From IMG/VR virus record IMGVR_UViG_3300045742_000023, positions 1-58,311 of that record: DNA of 58,311 nucleotides; one strand, given 5' to 3'. This DNA is from a virus (Duplodnaviria; Caudoviricetes). A model generated the notes under the pieces. It was not told the origin of the DNA. It made no database searches and was given only the letters and a program-made list of their open reading frames with translations. Position numbers and translations under genes: made by a program. Below are positions 19,163 through 27,551 of the stretch, one piece after another. Numbering within the stretch: the first letter of the stretch is position 1; every line of letters begins with the position of its first letter.

Positions 19163-20136
19163 TACACATTCTCCTCTTGGTTAGTTCTATTCCTAAACAT
19201 AGGTGCGAGTTCCTCTATAGCATCATCAAGTGACACTTGGTAAGCCTGTCTAGGCCTAGCGCCTAGGGTAGCGCCTACATCATAGGACGCGAGGAAAGCA
19301 TCAATATTAGGTGTTGAGGTCCTTCCTGCGTTCACTCTGTAGGTAGCATCTTCTACTACAGAGTCACGTACTGTAGCCCCTATAGTAAGTACTGTCTCAG
19401 CCGCAGCTGTCATGCCTAAGTTAGTAGCATAGTCTAAGCAAACAGATAACGTCCTCATGAACTGATCTGGTTCCTCTCCTATGTTAATAACGCGTTGATC
19501 TGAAACCAGCTTAACTACATAAGGTATAGTTGCTGCTAGTTTAGCGAACGAGTTGATAGCACGCACGCCTGCTCCCACATCATTGAAGGTTTCCCCAAAT
19601 GCAGGTGTCTGGAGGTGGCGGAACTCAATAGTACCCAAGTCCCATAACCGGGTGATGTTCACACTTGAGTACTTATTAGTCTCAAACCTCTCGTGCCCAG
19701 AACAAAGTCTCCTAAGCACATACATGCACTCCTCTAACTGATTGAGCACAGGTTCGCAGAAGTTAGACTCTCGCCTGTGAGGTGAGGTGCTAGTGAACAT
19801 ACACTCGTCAGTAGCTATTGACATAGCGTATGCCAACGCCAGTTGATCGGGACGTAACGAGGTACAATCAGCATGAACATGCACAGCCGCACGCCACGTG
19901 TCGCTGTTTCCATTCAGCAAGTAGGACACAGAATGGAGTGCTTGTAGCAACTGAGGGTAGGGTATACCCTGCCCCCGTGTACGAAGTTCCCATCCGTATA
20001 TACCTCCCCTCAAAGAACCATCAGCCACCACTTCCCATAGATTAGTGTTCTCACTAGCCCATCGGTATGCGTTAGTCATGGTATGTAGGTTGCTCTCAAG
20101 TTCAATCTCTATACCAACCCTAGTATCAATGCTCAT
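19162..20136 (-). CDS. Amidoligase (Amidoligase_2 / COOH-NH2 ligase fold)
   Basis: GIEIELE, DGSL, WELRT, VHVH, KYSSVN, TIEFRH. Confidence 0.85.
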   Translation of the reverse strand: MSIDTRVGIEIELESNLHTMTNAYRWASENTNLWEVVADGSLRGGIYGWELRTRGQGIPYPQLLQALHSVSYLLNGNSDTWRAAVHVHADCTSLRPDQLALAYAMSIATDECMFTSTSPHRRESNFCEPVLNQLEECMYVLRRLCSGHERFETNKYSSVNITRLWDLGTIEFRHLQTPAFGETFNDVGAGVRAINSFAKLAATIPYVVKLVSDQRVINIGEEPDQFMRTLSVCLDYATNLGMTAAAETVLTIGATVRDSVVEDATYRVNAGRTSTPNIDAFLASYDVGATLGARPRQAYQVSLDDAIEELAPMFRNRTNQEENV

Positions 20137-21415
20137 TAGAGTTCTCCTTCTTAGAAAGTAAATCTACAATAGATGTATTCAATGCAGTTCCATAGTAGTT
20201 AAGGAACTTACGTGGATTTGTTACCACAACAGCTATCCCGTAGATATAATGAAAGCCTTCGTATGGATTAGTACCCATAAACCTAGGCCTAACTACATCC
20301 AACCCACGTTCACTCTTCTCCTCGCGTGTAAGCGAGCACAGTCTAGCCATTACAACAGGTGTACTAGACGCCTGTACCCCGAAGCAGGTAATAAACAGAG
20401 GGAAGTGCATCGTCTTAGTAGAGTGAGCAGCCTGACCAACTAGTGTATCTAACCAAGACTTATCAGGATCGAGGCCTAACTTAGGCATAACTCTAGACCA
20501 CGGTAAATTATGGTGGTATTTGGAATCATCCTCATACTTCCAGTAAGGAAAGCCTAGCTTAGCTAAGCGTAAGTTTCCTCCATGTATACCATGATTACAA
20601 TAAATACTAGCAACCTGAGGAGATACTTTATATCCTCCGTTAAGATCAAACCCCACATCAAACACCTCCTCCTTAGGGCACTCCTTCGCTAACTGATACC
20701 CTACAAAGGAAGTTGCACGGGAGTCACCTAATATCCTCGTGTCACTAATACATCTACTTAACGAGGAGTACTCTATAAAACTATTCCCACAATCTGGGCA
20801 TTCATTGTACTCCCCATCAAGGCAGGGCATACACATACCACAGCTATAGCACTCTACCTGAGCAGCACGCTCGTCATGAGCAGTCACCCAATCACAGCAG
20901 AAGATACCTACTAGCGAGGGGTAAGTGCCATCTGCTATAGGCTTGCTGATCTTACCATCATAGGATATCCTATAGTCACTATCAGGAATCTCCTTGTTGT
21001 TCATGTTACTGCGCTTCAACACTGCGTTGAGTTTACGCAGTCGCTTAACGTCAGTATCAATGATCTCTACCAAACCAATACCCCTTATATCCATGTCCTC
21101 CCCGTAACGCGTTCCATGTATAGTGCGATCAGGCTCGTGCCATTTCTCTACGCTAGGAAGCAGGCTACGCTCTACAAGAACGCTGTGATAGCCTCCGCAC
21201 ATAGATAGCACTGAATAAGAAGTCATGCATACGTACTCACCCCTGATACCTTCCTGATCTATGCTCAGTCTGGTTGAGGGAAATTGGCCTAAGCATATAG
21301 ATGCTAAGGCATCATATATAGATATACCCGCACCAATGATATGCCTGCTTAAACTTTCCCTACTATGTAGAAGGGAGTCGATACCTTCCTCAGGCTTTGC
21401 TAATAGATTACTCAT
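20126..21415 (-). CDS. Hypothetical protein with Cys-rich Zn-ribbon-like motif, inside ligase cluster
   Basis: 429 aa; CYSCGMCMPC...CPDCG. Confidence 0.7.
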   Translation of the reverse strand: MSNLLAKPEEGIDSLLHSRESLSRHIIGAGISIYDALASICLGQFPSTRLSIDQEGIRGEYVCMTSYSVLSMCGGYHSVLVERSLLPSVEKWHEPDRTIHGTRYGEDMDIRGIGLVEIIDTDVKRLRKLNAVLKRSNMNNKEIPDSDYRISYDGKISKPIADGTYPSLVGIFCCDWVTAHDERAAQVECYSCGMCMPCLDGEYNECPDCGNSFIEYSSLSRCISDTRILGDSRATSFVGYQLAKECPKEEVFDVGFDLNGGYKVSPQVASIYCNHGIHGGNLRLAKLGFPYWKYEDDSKYHHNLPWSRVMPKLGLDPDKSWLDTLVGQAAHSTKTMHFPLFITCFGVQASSTPVVMARLCSLTREEKSERGLDVVRPRFMGTNPYEGFHYIYGIAVVVTNPRKFLNYYGTALNTSIVDLLSKKENSNEH

Positions 21416-21416
21416 T

Positions 21417-21800
21417 CTAATATACTCCTGTGTAGTCTAACCAGTTACCAGAGGGCACGGGTGTTGGGAACCTGTACGCACTGTCGTCTTTCATCACGTA
21501 CATACCCACCTCGTACCCTGCCTCAGTTACTACTGTAATTAAATCGTAACCTGCCCCATCCTCCATGCGATCTACTGCTTGGGTAATGCTTGGGTCAAGT
21601 GACGACAGATCAAACACATCCACCTCTATTTCTTTAGAGAGGTCGTCTGTACGAAATGCTGCGGGGAACCCTCCGTTAGTACGCATAGTGAATCCCTTAA
21701 CCTTATCACTGGCATGGATTAGCCGTGCGTGCTTGAAGCTATGCTCCCAATTATACTGGCCCACCCGTAGGCTGCCATATACTGCTTTAGTCATATGCAT
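21417..21800 (-). CDS. Gamma-glutamylcyclotransferase (AIG2-like)
   Basis: VYGSLRVG, GFPAA, DRMEDG..Y, SGNW. Confidence 0.85.
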   Translation of the reverse strand: MHMTKAVYGSLRVGQYNWEHSFKHARLIHASDKVKGFTMRTNGGFPAAFRTDDLSKEIEVDVFDLSSLDPSITQAVDRMEDGAGYDLITVVTEAGYEVGMYVMKDDSAYRFPTPVPSGNWLDYTGVY

Positions 21801-21818
21801 ATCAACTACTCCTATTAG

Positions 21819-22670
21819 TTAAACTACAACTCTATCAACAAATACATCCAGTAAGTATCGCTGGAGGTAGGTACGCTCAAGGGAAGAGAGTGTTCCCTTA
21901 TCTCTAGTATCGGTAAAGACGATACGATCGCCATCTTCTATAGTTAGTAGACCTATAGAGTTACCATCGTACAGTAGGTGAGTAACCCACCCCTCTGTAC
22001 CAGTAATAGCACGGGCTACAGCTAGCCTGCCAGATATAGCTGCTACTCTTTTCGTAGTGGCAGCACTACTACCCATGACTGTTAACGCCGCCTCTCGCCT
22101 GAATCTGTGCGCCATTGTAGCTGACAGGAAGGGGGCTGTTGCGTGGTTGTGTGTCATGAGTAAGACTTTACCGAACCACTGGAGAGCAACACGTATGTTA
22201 GCAGCACCTTCAAAGGAGTCCATACCTAAGAGATACAGGCCCGTGCTGTGTGTCTGCATATACTCTGTGCGTAGACCCTTAGCCATACCACGCCTGCTGG
22301 TGTGGGAGATACGTACTAACCTTGAACCCTCTGCGTTTGATGCGTAGCCTAAAGGTACACGGAATATAACCCACTCTCCGGGCCTGACTAGATCATCACC
22401 CATTACGGTAATGGTATCATCCTGACCTAGAGGTGTCGCCTCATGCTCTACTGAGGTAGCCAGTATATCTGATCTATCCTCCATCTGTACTCTTTCCTCA
22501 GGATCATCACTCTCTTCGTCAAAGAGTTCGTGTGAATGAGATGTAGCACAGTGCAGGTAGTACGGGTGTACCTCACCCCGTTGTGCAGGCTGGCGCGTAT
22601 ATCTCCAGATAACACTGCCGTTAAAGTATCGGTAGAAATCTCCGATAGTCGCTCCTTGATAACCGATCAT
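21819..22670 (-). CDS. Hypothetical protein inside ligase cluster
   Basis: 283 aa, ATGA-coupled to upstream ligase. Confidence 0.65.
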   Translation of the reverse strand: MIGYQGATIGDFYRYFNGSVIWRYTRQPAQRGEVHPYYLHCATSHSHELFDEESDDPEERVQMEDRSDILATSVEHEATPLGQDDTITVMGDDLVRPGEWVIFRVPLGYASNAEGSRLVRISHTSRRGMAKGLRTEYMQTHSTGLYLLGMDSFEGAANIRVALQWFGKVLLMTHNHATAPFLSATMAHRFRREAALTVMGSSAATTKRVAAISGRLAVARAITGTEGWVTHLLYDGNSIGLLTIEDGDRIVFTDTRDKGTLSSLERTYLQRYLLDVFVDRVVV

Positions 22671-23389
22671 GCGTATACCCTCCCTGCATCTGTGAAGTGC
22701 TTAGTTAAGAACCGTTCTATAGCACTAGCTACGAACGTCAGCTTGTCTATATCATTAGCAATACTGGCACCAAGCGCACGATACTCTATACCATAAGGCT
22801 TGGGCCGGAATACTCCCGGCACTCGATAGTACGCAGGCCACGGAGATTCCAGTTCTGTGTGGAGAACCTTAGTCTCTTCGTAGAAACCCTGAGCAACATC
22901 TGACAGAGCAGTATAATCGTCAATGATATCTGGTCGCAACGTCATGTGTATGTGGAAGCCCGACTCCTTAAGAGGGATGTTAGGTACGTACTTAGGTACC
23001 GTCCTCCATTGACCGTCCAGCATATCCCGATCACATCCGTGTACCCTACGTTCTTTGTTTAGGAAGGGACAGTGCTCCTTAAACTGAGCAACCACTGGAC
23101 GCAGATCGAGGCAGTCTACACCTACAACATCAGCTTCCATCTCTTGCGAGAGTACATGTTGCATACGCATGACAGAGGTCATGAACTCAGCACCACTAGT
23201 TGCTATAGGGGTAGCACCTTCTGCGAATACACCATCAGAGTGTACGTTAAAGCCCATGACTGTGCGCGGTGCCTTCTTACTACCCAAGCGGCTTAACCGC
23301 TGGTCGTACTGACTCCATACACTTATGTCATTGGTGCTCAGTAGACGGTGGTCTACCCACTCGGTATCATTTCCTATTTGAAATTGCAT
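22667..23389 (-). CDS. phiEco32-like COOH-NH2 ligase type 2
   Basis: IGNDTE, DGVFAE, GCDRD, SGFHIH, FRPKPYGIEYRAL. Confidence 0.85.
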   Translation of the reverse strand: MQFQIGNDTEWVDHRLLSTNDISVWSQYDQRLSRLGSKKAPRTVMGFNVHSDGVFAEGATPIATSGAEFMTSVMRMQHVLSQEMEADVVGVDCLDLRPVVAQFKEHCPFLNKERRVHGCDRDMLDGQWRTVPKYVPNIPLKESGFHIHMTLRPDIIDDYTALSDVAQGFYEETKVLHTELESPWPAYYRVPGVFRPKPYGIEYRALGASIANDIDKLTFVASAIERFLTKHFTDAGRVYA

Positions 23390-23393
23390 GATG

Positions 23394-23930
23394 CTATACT
23401 CCAGTTAATGGTTGACGCTCATACATATATGAGTATGAGAATGGTTTAATTACTGCGGATACAAACACTTCCTGCGTAAACATAGAGGCAGTACTAGTAT
23501 CCTCCGTAACTTTAGTAGCACTTTCCTTAGGTGCTGGTAGCTTAGGTGTATCCGGGGCAGTGGTACGCTTGTACCTGTCATCCCACTCTTCACCATCCTC
23601 CAGCCTAGCTAAGGCTACAGCCTGCACAGGGCCTATCTCTATAGTTACGTCAGGCTTGATGTCGCCTGCCCTATCATACTTGAAGGTACCATCACTGTTG
23701 AGGGGGGTGATGATACGCAACTCAAAGCAGGATTCATCCAGCTTAAGAGAGGATGTGATAGCCTTCTGTATACGGGAAAAGATATTATTGAAATCCTTGT
23801 CCGCTATATACACACCGATAGCACGCTGCTTGCCACCTACTTCCATAGCAAAGCCATAGAAGATGAACAAGCCATCAGTGATAACAGCTACATCCTCCTT
23901 TTCTTTCTTTACTTTCTTACTCATATGCAT
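23394..23930 (-). CDS. Hypothetical protein
   Basis: 178 aa, GGGAG RBS; true start may be 23924. Confidence 0.65.
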   Translation of the reverse strand: MHMSKKVKKEKEDVAVITDGLFIFYGFAMEVGGKQRAIGVYIADKDFNNIFSRIQKAITSSLKLDESCFELRIITPLNSDGTFKYDRAGDIKPDVTIEIGPVQAVALARLEDGEEWDDRYKRTTAPDTPKLPAPKESATKVTEDTSTASMFTQEVFVSAVIKPFSYSYMYERQPLTGV

Positions 23931-24094
23931 GCTCCCGTTGTAATTGCGTTAACTGTTAACGCAGTTGAGGTTTCCAGTGGTGCTAGGTACACCACCATCT
24001 TACTAAATACAAGCGACATTAATACCGCTATCAAGAGCCAGTCTCTCAGGATAGCACAGGTAGCTTGTATATACCCAAGCAGGGTATCTTGCAT
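23921..24094 (-). CDS. 57-aa hydrophobic protein (below cutoff)
   Basis: MQDTLLGYIQATCAILRDWLLIAVLMSLVFSKMVV...; coupled at both ends; contains palindrome copy 2. Confidence 0.5.
   Translation of the reverse strand: MQDTLLGYIQATCAILRDWLLIAVLMSLVFSKMVVYLAPLETSTALTVNAITTGACI
23944..23964. promoter_or_regulatory. Palindromic operator-like repeat, copy 2
   Basis: TTGCGTTAACTGTTAACGCAG. Confidence 0.8.
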
Positions 24095-24465
24095 TATACT
24101 TCTCCTTCCCGTGTTGAATTGAACAGGGCCATGTTATTAAACCCCTCCAAGATTAGCTTAGAAAACTCCTTGGTCAGGTCAAAGGTATCCTTGAACTTGT
24201 TATTGCCCAGATACCTACGCATTACCCTGTATGGTTGCGTAATATTAACAGGTGCTATGACATAGATTACCCTGTCACCTTGCACTCGTTTCCAGATAGT
24301 TCCTCCTTCCTGCCCAGCAGGTACCAGATGAAAGCCCAAGGTGGGCGGAATTGTTTGGTACGTATCTACCCACGCTAACTTCCACGCAGGTGTACCACCT
24401 CCACGTGTACCGGGTGCTTGTGCTTGTACTGTTGGCATGATATATCTCCTAGACCATGAGGTCAA
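24094..24465 (-). CDS. Hypothetical protein
   Basis: 123 aa ORF in packed early operon. Confidence 0.6.
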   Translation of the reverse strand: MTSWSRRYIMPTVQAQAPGTRGGGTPAWKLAWVDTYQTIPPTLGFHLVPAGQEGGTIWKRVQGDRVIYVIAPVNITQPYRVMRRYLGNNKFKDTFDLTKEFSKLILEGFNNMALFNSTREGEV

Positions 24466-24733
24466 ATAGTTTAGCGTCCAGTTCCCGTATCGTATAGTTA
24501 AGGCTCTTGATACGTGGGAACACCTTATTCCACTGATCGAGAATAGCTTTCTTGATGCGTGGATCGTGGCGTATAGCTACCTCTGCTTCATTGGCGCGCT
24601 TGATGATAGCGTTAGCCTCCTGTAGCAAAGCGTTCCTCTCCACAACATGCTTGTCATGGATACGCGCAGCTACTATACGTTGCTGTGCTGCTGGCAGTGC
24701 TTCGAATACTTTCTGTTGAAATGATGCTTGCAT
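24449..24733 (-). CDS. Hypothetical protein
   Basis: 94 aa, TAATG coupling. Confidence 0.65.
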   Translation of the reverse strand: MQASFQQKVFEALPAAQQRIVAARIHDKHVVERNALLQEANAIIKRANEAEVAIRHDPRIKKAILDQWNKVFPRIKSLNYTIRELDAKLFDLMV

Positions 24734-25113
24734 TATCCTATCCTCGCTTCAAGTTTACGGATTGATTCTTCCTTATACCATTTTTTGAACTCGTCATGGT
24801 TGATGGTACCCACCATTACAGCAATAACATTACCGCTCTTGGGGTTAATAGCGGCTGGAGTGGTCCGAACACCCCTCACCATCTTGTTATCTTCTAAGTA
24901 AGCCATCAACACCCCTGAACGTGAGGGTCTACCCTCCTCATCACGCACGTAATCAGATGCCATGATAAACGCCTCTGGACTACCATGAGCAGGATGGTAT
25001 AGCCGGTTAGCTATCTCCCATGCGTTACGTTCCATGTTATCCAGCAGGCTACCGACTTCCAGTACTCCACAACTAACGTGGGATGTTTGCATATTGATGT
25101 GTGATCTAGACAT
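24733..25113 (-). CDS. Hypothetical protein
   Basis: 126 aa, AAGGAG RBS. Confidence 0.7.
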   Translation of the reverse strand: MSRSHINMQTSHVSCGVLEVGSLLDNMERNAWEIANRLYHPAHGSPEAFIMASDYVRDEEGRPSRSGVLMAYLEDNKMVRGVRTTPAAINPKSGNVIAVMVGTINHDEFKKWYKEESIRKLEARIG

Positions 25114-25129
25114 TTTACTTCTCCTTAAA

Positions 25130-25150
25130 AAGCGTTAACTGTTAACGCAA
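25130..25150. promoter_or_regulatory. Palindromic operator-like repeat, copy 3
   Basis: AAGCGTTAACTGTTAACGCAA. Confidence 0.8.
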
Positions 25151-25285
25151 AATGGTATCGACTAATAACAAAAGGAACAGTATAACTGCCCCGCCTACGA
25201 ACAAAGCCATTGCCTGACCTAGATGTACTAGACCACGCAATGACCAGTATAACCATCCTTTGTACAGTGGCGGACGGTACTCCAC
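25142..25285 (-). CDS. 47-aa membrane protein (below cutoff)
   Basis: GTG start; ...AMALFVGGAVILFLLLLVDTILR; stop lies in the palindrome. Confidence 0.45.
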   Translation of the reverse strand: MEYRPPLYKGWLYWSLRGLVHLGQAMALFVGGAVILFLLLLVDTILR

Positions 25286-25286
25286 T

Positions 25287-25520
25287 TTAGTTGCTTGCTT
25301 GTAAGCCATACACTTCTCCGTTTGGTGGCAACAGCCACGTTAATTCCTCATGCCTAGCGATGTTGGTGAACATCACAAATAACAGGGCCAGTATTACAAC
25401 TAAGGTACTTGCGTCTTTGTATTGCCTGTCAGCAACAGAGATACCTATTGCACATGAGCATACGAGTATGCCAATAACAATACAGTCTGCAAACCAATTA
25501 CCTGAGAATGATTCAATCAT
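25287..25520 (-). CDS. Two-TM small membrane protein
   Basis: 77 aa, two hydrophobic stretches, GGAGG RBS. Confidence 0.65.
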   Translation of the reverse strand: MIESFSGNWFADCIVIGILVCSCAIGISVADRQYKDASTLVVILALLFVMFTNIARHEELTWLLPPNGEVYGLQASN

Positions 25521-25554
25521 TTCGGTTCCTCCCTTCTTTGGTTGGGTTAAGTAA

Positions 25555-25575
25555 ATGCGTTAACAGTTAACGCAA
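25555..25575. promoter_or_regulatory. Palindromic operator-like repeat, copy 4
   Basis: ATGCGTTAACAGTTAACGCAA. Confidence 0.8.
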
Positions 25576-25583
25576 AGGGTGAC

Positions 25584-26225
25584 TTAGAGATGCTCATCAG
25601 GCGGACAGATCAAGTCTGCTATCTGAGTTAGAGTTAGCTTGTATTGGTCATTGCATTCAGATGCTTGGATGCGTCTGATATGCCGTGCCTTGGTCTTAAG
25701 CAAAGCAATCACAGGATCACATGCATCTACTGCCTTTACAAAAGGCCCGTTCATAGGGTGAAATTTAGTACGGTCTGCTTCCCTGCCACCGAACGCAACA
25801 TGACCGTGCATCAAGCAGCACATTGGAGTATCAGCAGAGAACCTGCTACGAGATAGCATCCCCTCTTTTACAAAGGCTTCAAAGTTAGAGTTGATAGGCT
25901 CCACCATCCTGTCTCTACATTGTTGCGACTCTGGTGCCCGTAATCTGTTAGCCCAAATCCTACGGGTTTTGTAGGGGACGTTACTTAAAAAGTCGGGGTT
26001 AGGTACTATCACTCTGCCTACATCGCCTATTGATATCTTGAATTTTCCTCTGTATTTCATCTGTCTTCTCCTGTCTTCTCCTTTTTCCATGATGTCAATG
26101 AGTGCAGTAACTTGCTCATCAGTCAGTCGCTTGTGGATATGCCGTGCCTTATCGTCTGTGTATATAATGGCTTCCGCATGTTCCGGGCCACGTGCTATTA
26201 CGTATAAAGGTATTAGTGGGTTCAT
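25584..26225 (-). CDS. Hypothetical early protein
   Basis: 213 aa, GGGAG RBS. Confidence 0.7.
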   Translation of the reverse strand: MNPLIPLYVIARGPEHAEAIIYTDDKARHIHKRLTDEQVTALIDIMEKGEDRRRQMKYRGKFKISIGDVGRVIVPNPDFLSNVPYKTRRIWANRLRAPESQQCRDRMVEPINSNFEAFVKEGMLSRSRFSADTPMCCLMHGHVAFGGREADRTKFHPMNGPFVKAVDACDPVIALLKTKARHIRRIQASECNDQYKLTLTQIADLICPPDEHL

Positions 26226-26305
26226 GGTAATCTCCCTTTGATGATGAATCCGATGCCGATTAGAGTCAGCACTATGATTGAGAAAATGATGAATGATGTG
26301 CTCAT
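26222..26305 (-). CDS. 27-aa single-TM protein (below cutoff)
   Basis: MSTSFIIFSIIVLTLIGIGFIIKGRLP; GGAG RBS; ATGA overlap. Confidence 0.55.
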   Translation of the reverse strand: MSTSFIIFSIIVLTLIGIGFIIKGRLP

Positions 26306-26323
26306 GATGTCTCTACTCCAAAA

Positions 26324-26344
26324 TTGCATTAACTATTAATGCAT
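26324..26344. promoter_or_regulatory. Palindromic repeat, degenerate copy 5
   Basis: TTGCATTAACTATTAATGCAT, with a compensatory change that keeps the symmetry. Confidence 0.6.
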
Positions 26345-26412
26345 TAGCGTGGTATTCTAGAATACGGGCTAGCCTAGCCTCCTGTAGTGCATTCATTGAG
26401 GTTTCGCCGAGA

Positions 26413-26433
26413 TTGCGTTAACAGTTAACGCAA
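26413..26433. promoter_or_regulatory. Palindromic repeat, copy 6 (perfect)
   Basis: TTGCGTTAACAGTTAACGCAA. Confidence 0.85.
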
Positions 26434-26441
26434 TTAGGTGG

Positions 26442-26470
26442 AAAAAAACCGGGCTGAGGGTACAGCCCGG
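26442..26470 (-). terminator. Rho-independent terminator after first early gene
   Basis: Minus strand CCGGGCTG-TACCCT-CAGCCCGG-TTTTTTT. Confidence 0.85.
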
Positions 26471-26498
26471 CTATGGTAGAACTACCAGTAGGGAGGTA

Positions 26499-27173
26499 CT
26501 AAGCGGCTTTCTTAGCTTTCAGGATAGCTTTCAGGGCTTTGTCACGTGCTGCCACAATTGCGCTGGCTACCACGTTAGCCTCTTTTGCAGTCAATCCCTG
26601 ATCTTTGCAGATGGCGATAAACTCGGCACCATACTTTTTAGCCATCGGTGCCAGCCATTTTGGGTCCTTCTTAGTAACGGTCTCGCTAGCGTTCACTGGG
26701 GCGCGGTGACGTGCCGCCACGTCCATCTCAAACCACTCGCGGATAGCCTGTGCAACATCACATCCCGTAACAGTCATGATGTGCTTAATCCAGCCTTTCG
26801 CGCCGCAAACGTTAGACTTCTCTACGCCTACGCTAGAACCAAGAATGATAGCGCCATCCTTAGCACTGCGATAACAGCCAACGCGAGATACCAGCAGCTT
26901 GCTACCTTCCCGACCGCCATAATTCCAGCCCTTATCCGACGGGTTGCGGCCCTCACTATCGGGGCGAGGCGTAGCGGCGCGCAACTGCGCGTCATATGTC
27001 TCCGCGAGGATATCTGACACAAAGCCCGTAAGCTTTGAGAATGGGACGCTTTCGTCAATAGCGCATTGCATGGCATAGGACAGGTTGTCACGATGTACTT
27101 GTTGCACATCACTTGCCAGCGATACCAACGAGACCAACTTGTTACCATTCACTTTCAAAGATTGTTTGTTCAT
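26499..27173 (-). CDS. First early gene, hypothetical, basic C-terminus
   Basis: 224 aa, GGAG RBS, monocistronic, Lys/Ala-rich tail. Confidence 0.75.
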   Translation of the reverse strand: MNKQSLKVNGNKLVSLVSLASDVQQVHRDNLSYAMQCAIDESVPFSKLTGFVSDILAETYDAQLRAATPRPDSEGRNPSDKGWNYGGREGSKLLVSRVGCYRSAKDGAIILGSSVGVEKSNVCGAKGWIKHIMTVTGCDVAQAIREWFEMDVAARHRAPVNASETVTKKDPKWLAPMAKKYGAEFIAICKDQGLTAKEANVVASAIVAARDKALKAILKAKKAA

Positions 27174-27191
27174 GTTACTACTCCATAGGTT

Positions 27192-27212
27192 ACGCGTTAA
27201 CAGTTAACGCAA
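27192..27212. promoter_or_regulatory. Palindromic repeat, copy 7
   Basis: ACGCGTTAACAGTTAACGCAA just upstream of the first early RBS. Confidence 0.8.
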
Positions 27213-27249
27213 TTGGTTAAACGACAGCAGAAGCGCCGCCGTTAGATAT

Positions 27250-27255
27250 ATTATA
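27250..27255 (-). promoter_or_regulatory. Possible sigma70 -10 element for early arm
   Basis: Perfect TATAAT on minus strand; no good -35. Confidence 0.35.
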
Positions 27256-27437
27256 AAGAGAAAAAAAGCTGGAGGTAGTTGGGCCATTCAGCACAGCGTT
27301 TCACAGCAAGAAAAGCACCCCCCTGCTTGCTCCCGTGGAGCTACTGAGCGCCATAAATAGGGTACCAAGACCTATGCGGGGCCTATTTCTATCCACTGAG
27401 TATCCTAGATAGCGGGGAACTTCTGCTGATTTTAACT

Positions 27438-27507
27438 GTAAAGATATGTAAAGATGTGTAAAGAAGGGTATAAAGGGATTGAACTTACAGCTTGCGGTAC
27501 TGTCTAA
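27438..27507 (+). promoter_or_regulatory. sigmaE/AlgU-type promoter with triple CpxR-like half-sites, starting the plus-strand arm
   Basis: GTAAA at 27438, 27448, 27458; GAACTT 27481-86, N16, TCTAA 27503-07. Confidence 0.7.
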
Positions 27508-27551
27508 GTCTCTACTCAATACCTAGAGGCCCCAGATAATGGAGGATACGG

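Noticed and set aside
6075-27173. Lysogeny module
   Set aside because: No integrase, CI-like repressor or partition genes recognised
17667-27212. Palindromic repeats as a CRISPR array
   Set aside because: Spacing is irregular (tens of bp to 6 kb), whole genes lie between copies, and there are no cas genes
27417-27443. A fourth sigmaE promoter (GAACTT at 27417)
   Set aside because: No TCTAA/TCAAA at 16-17 nt spacing
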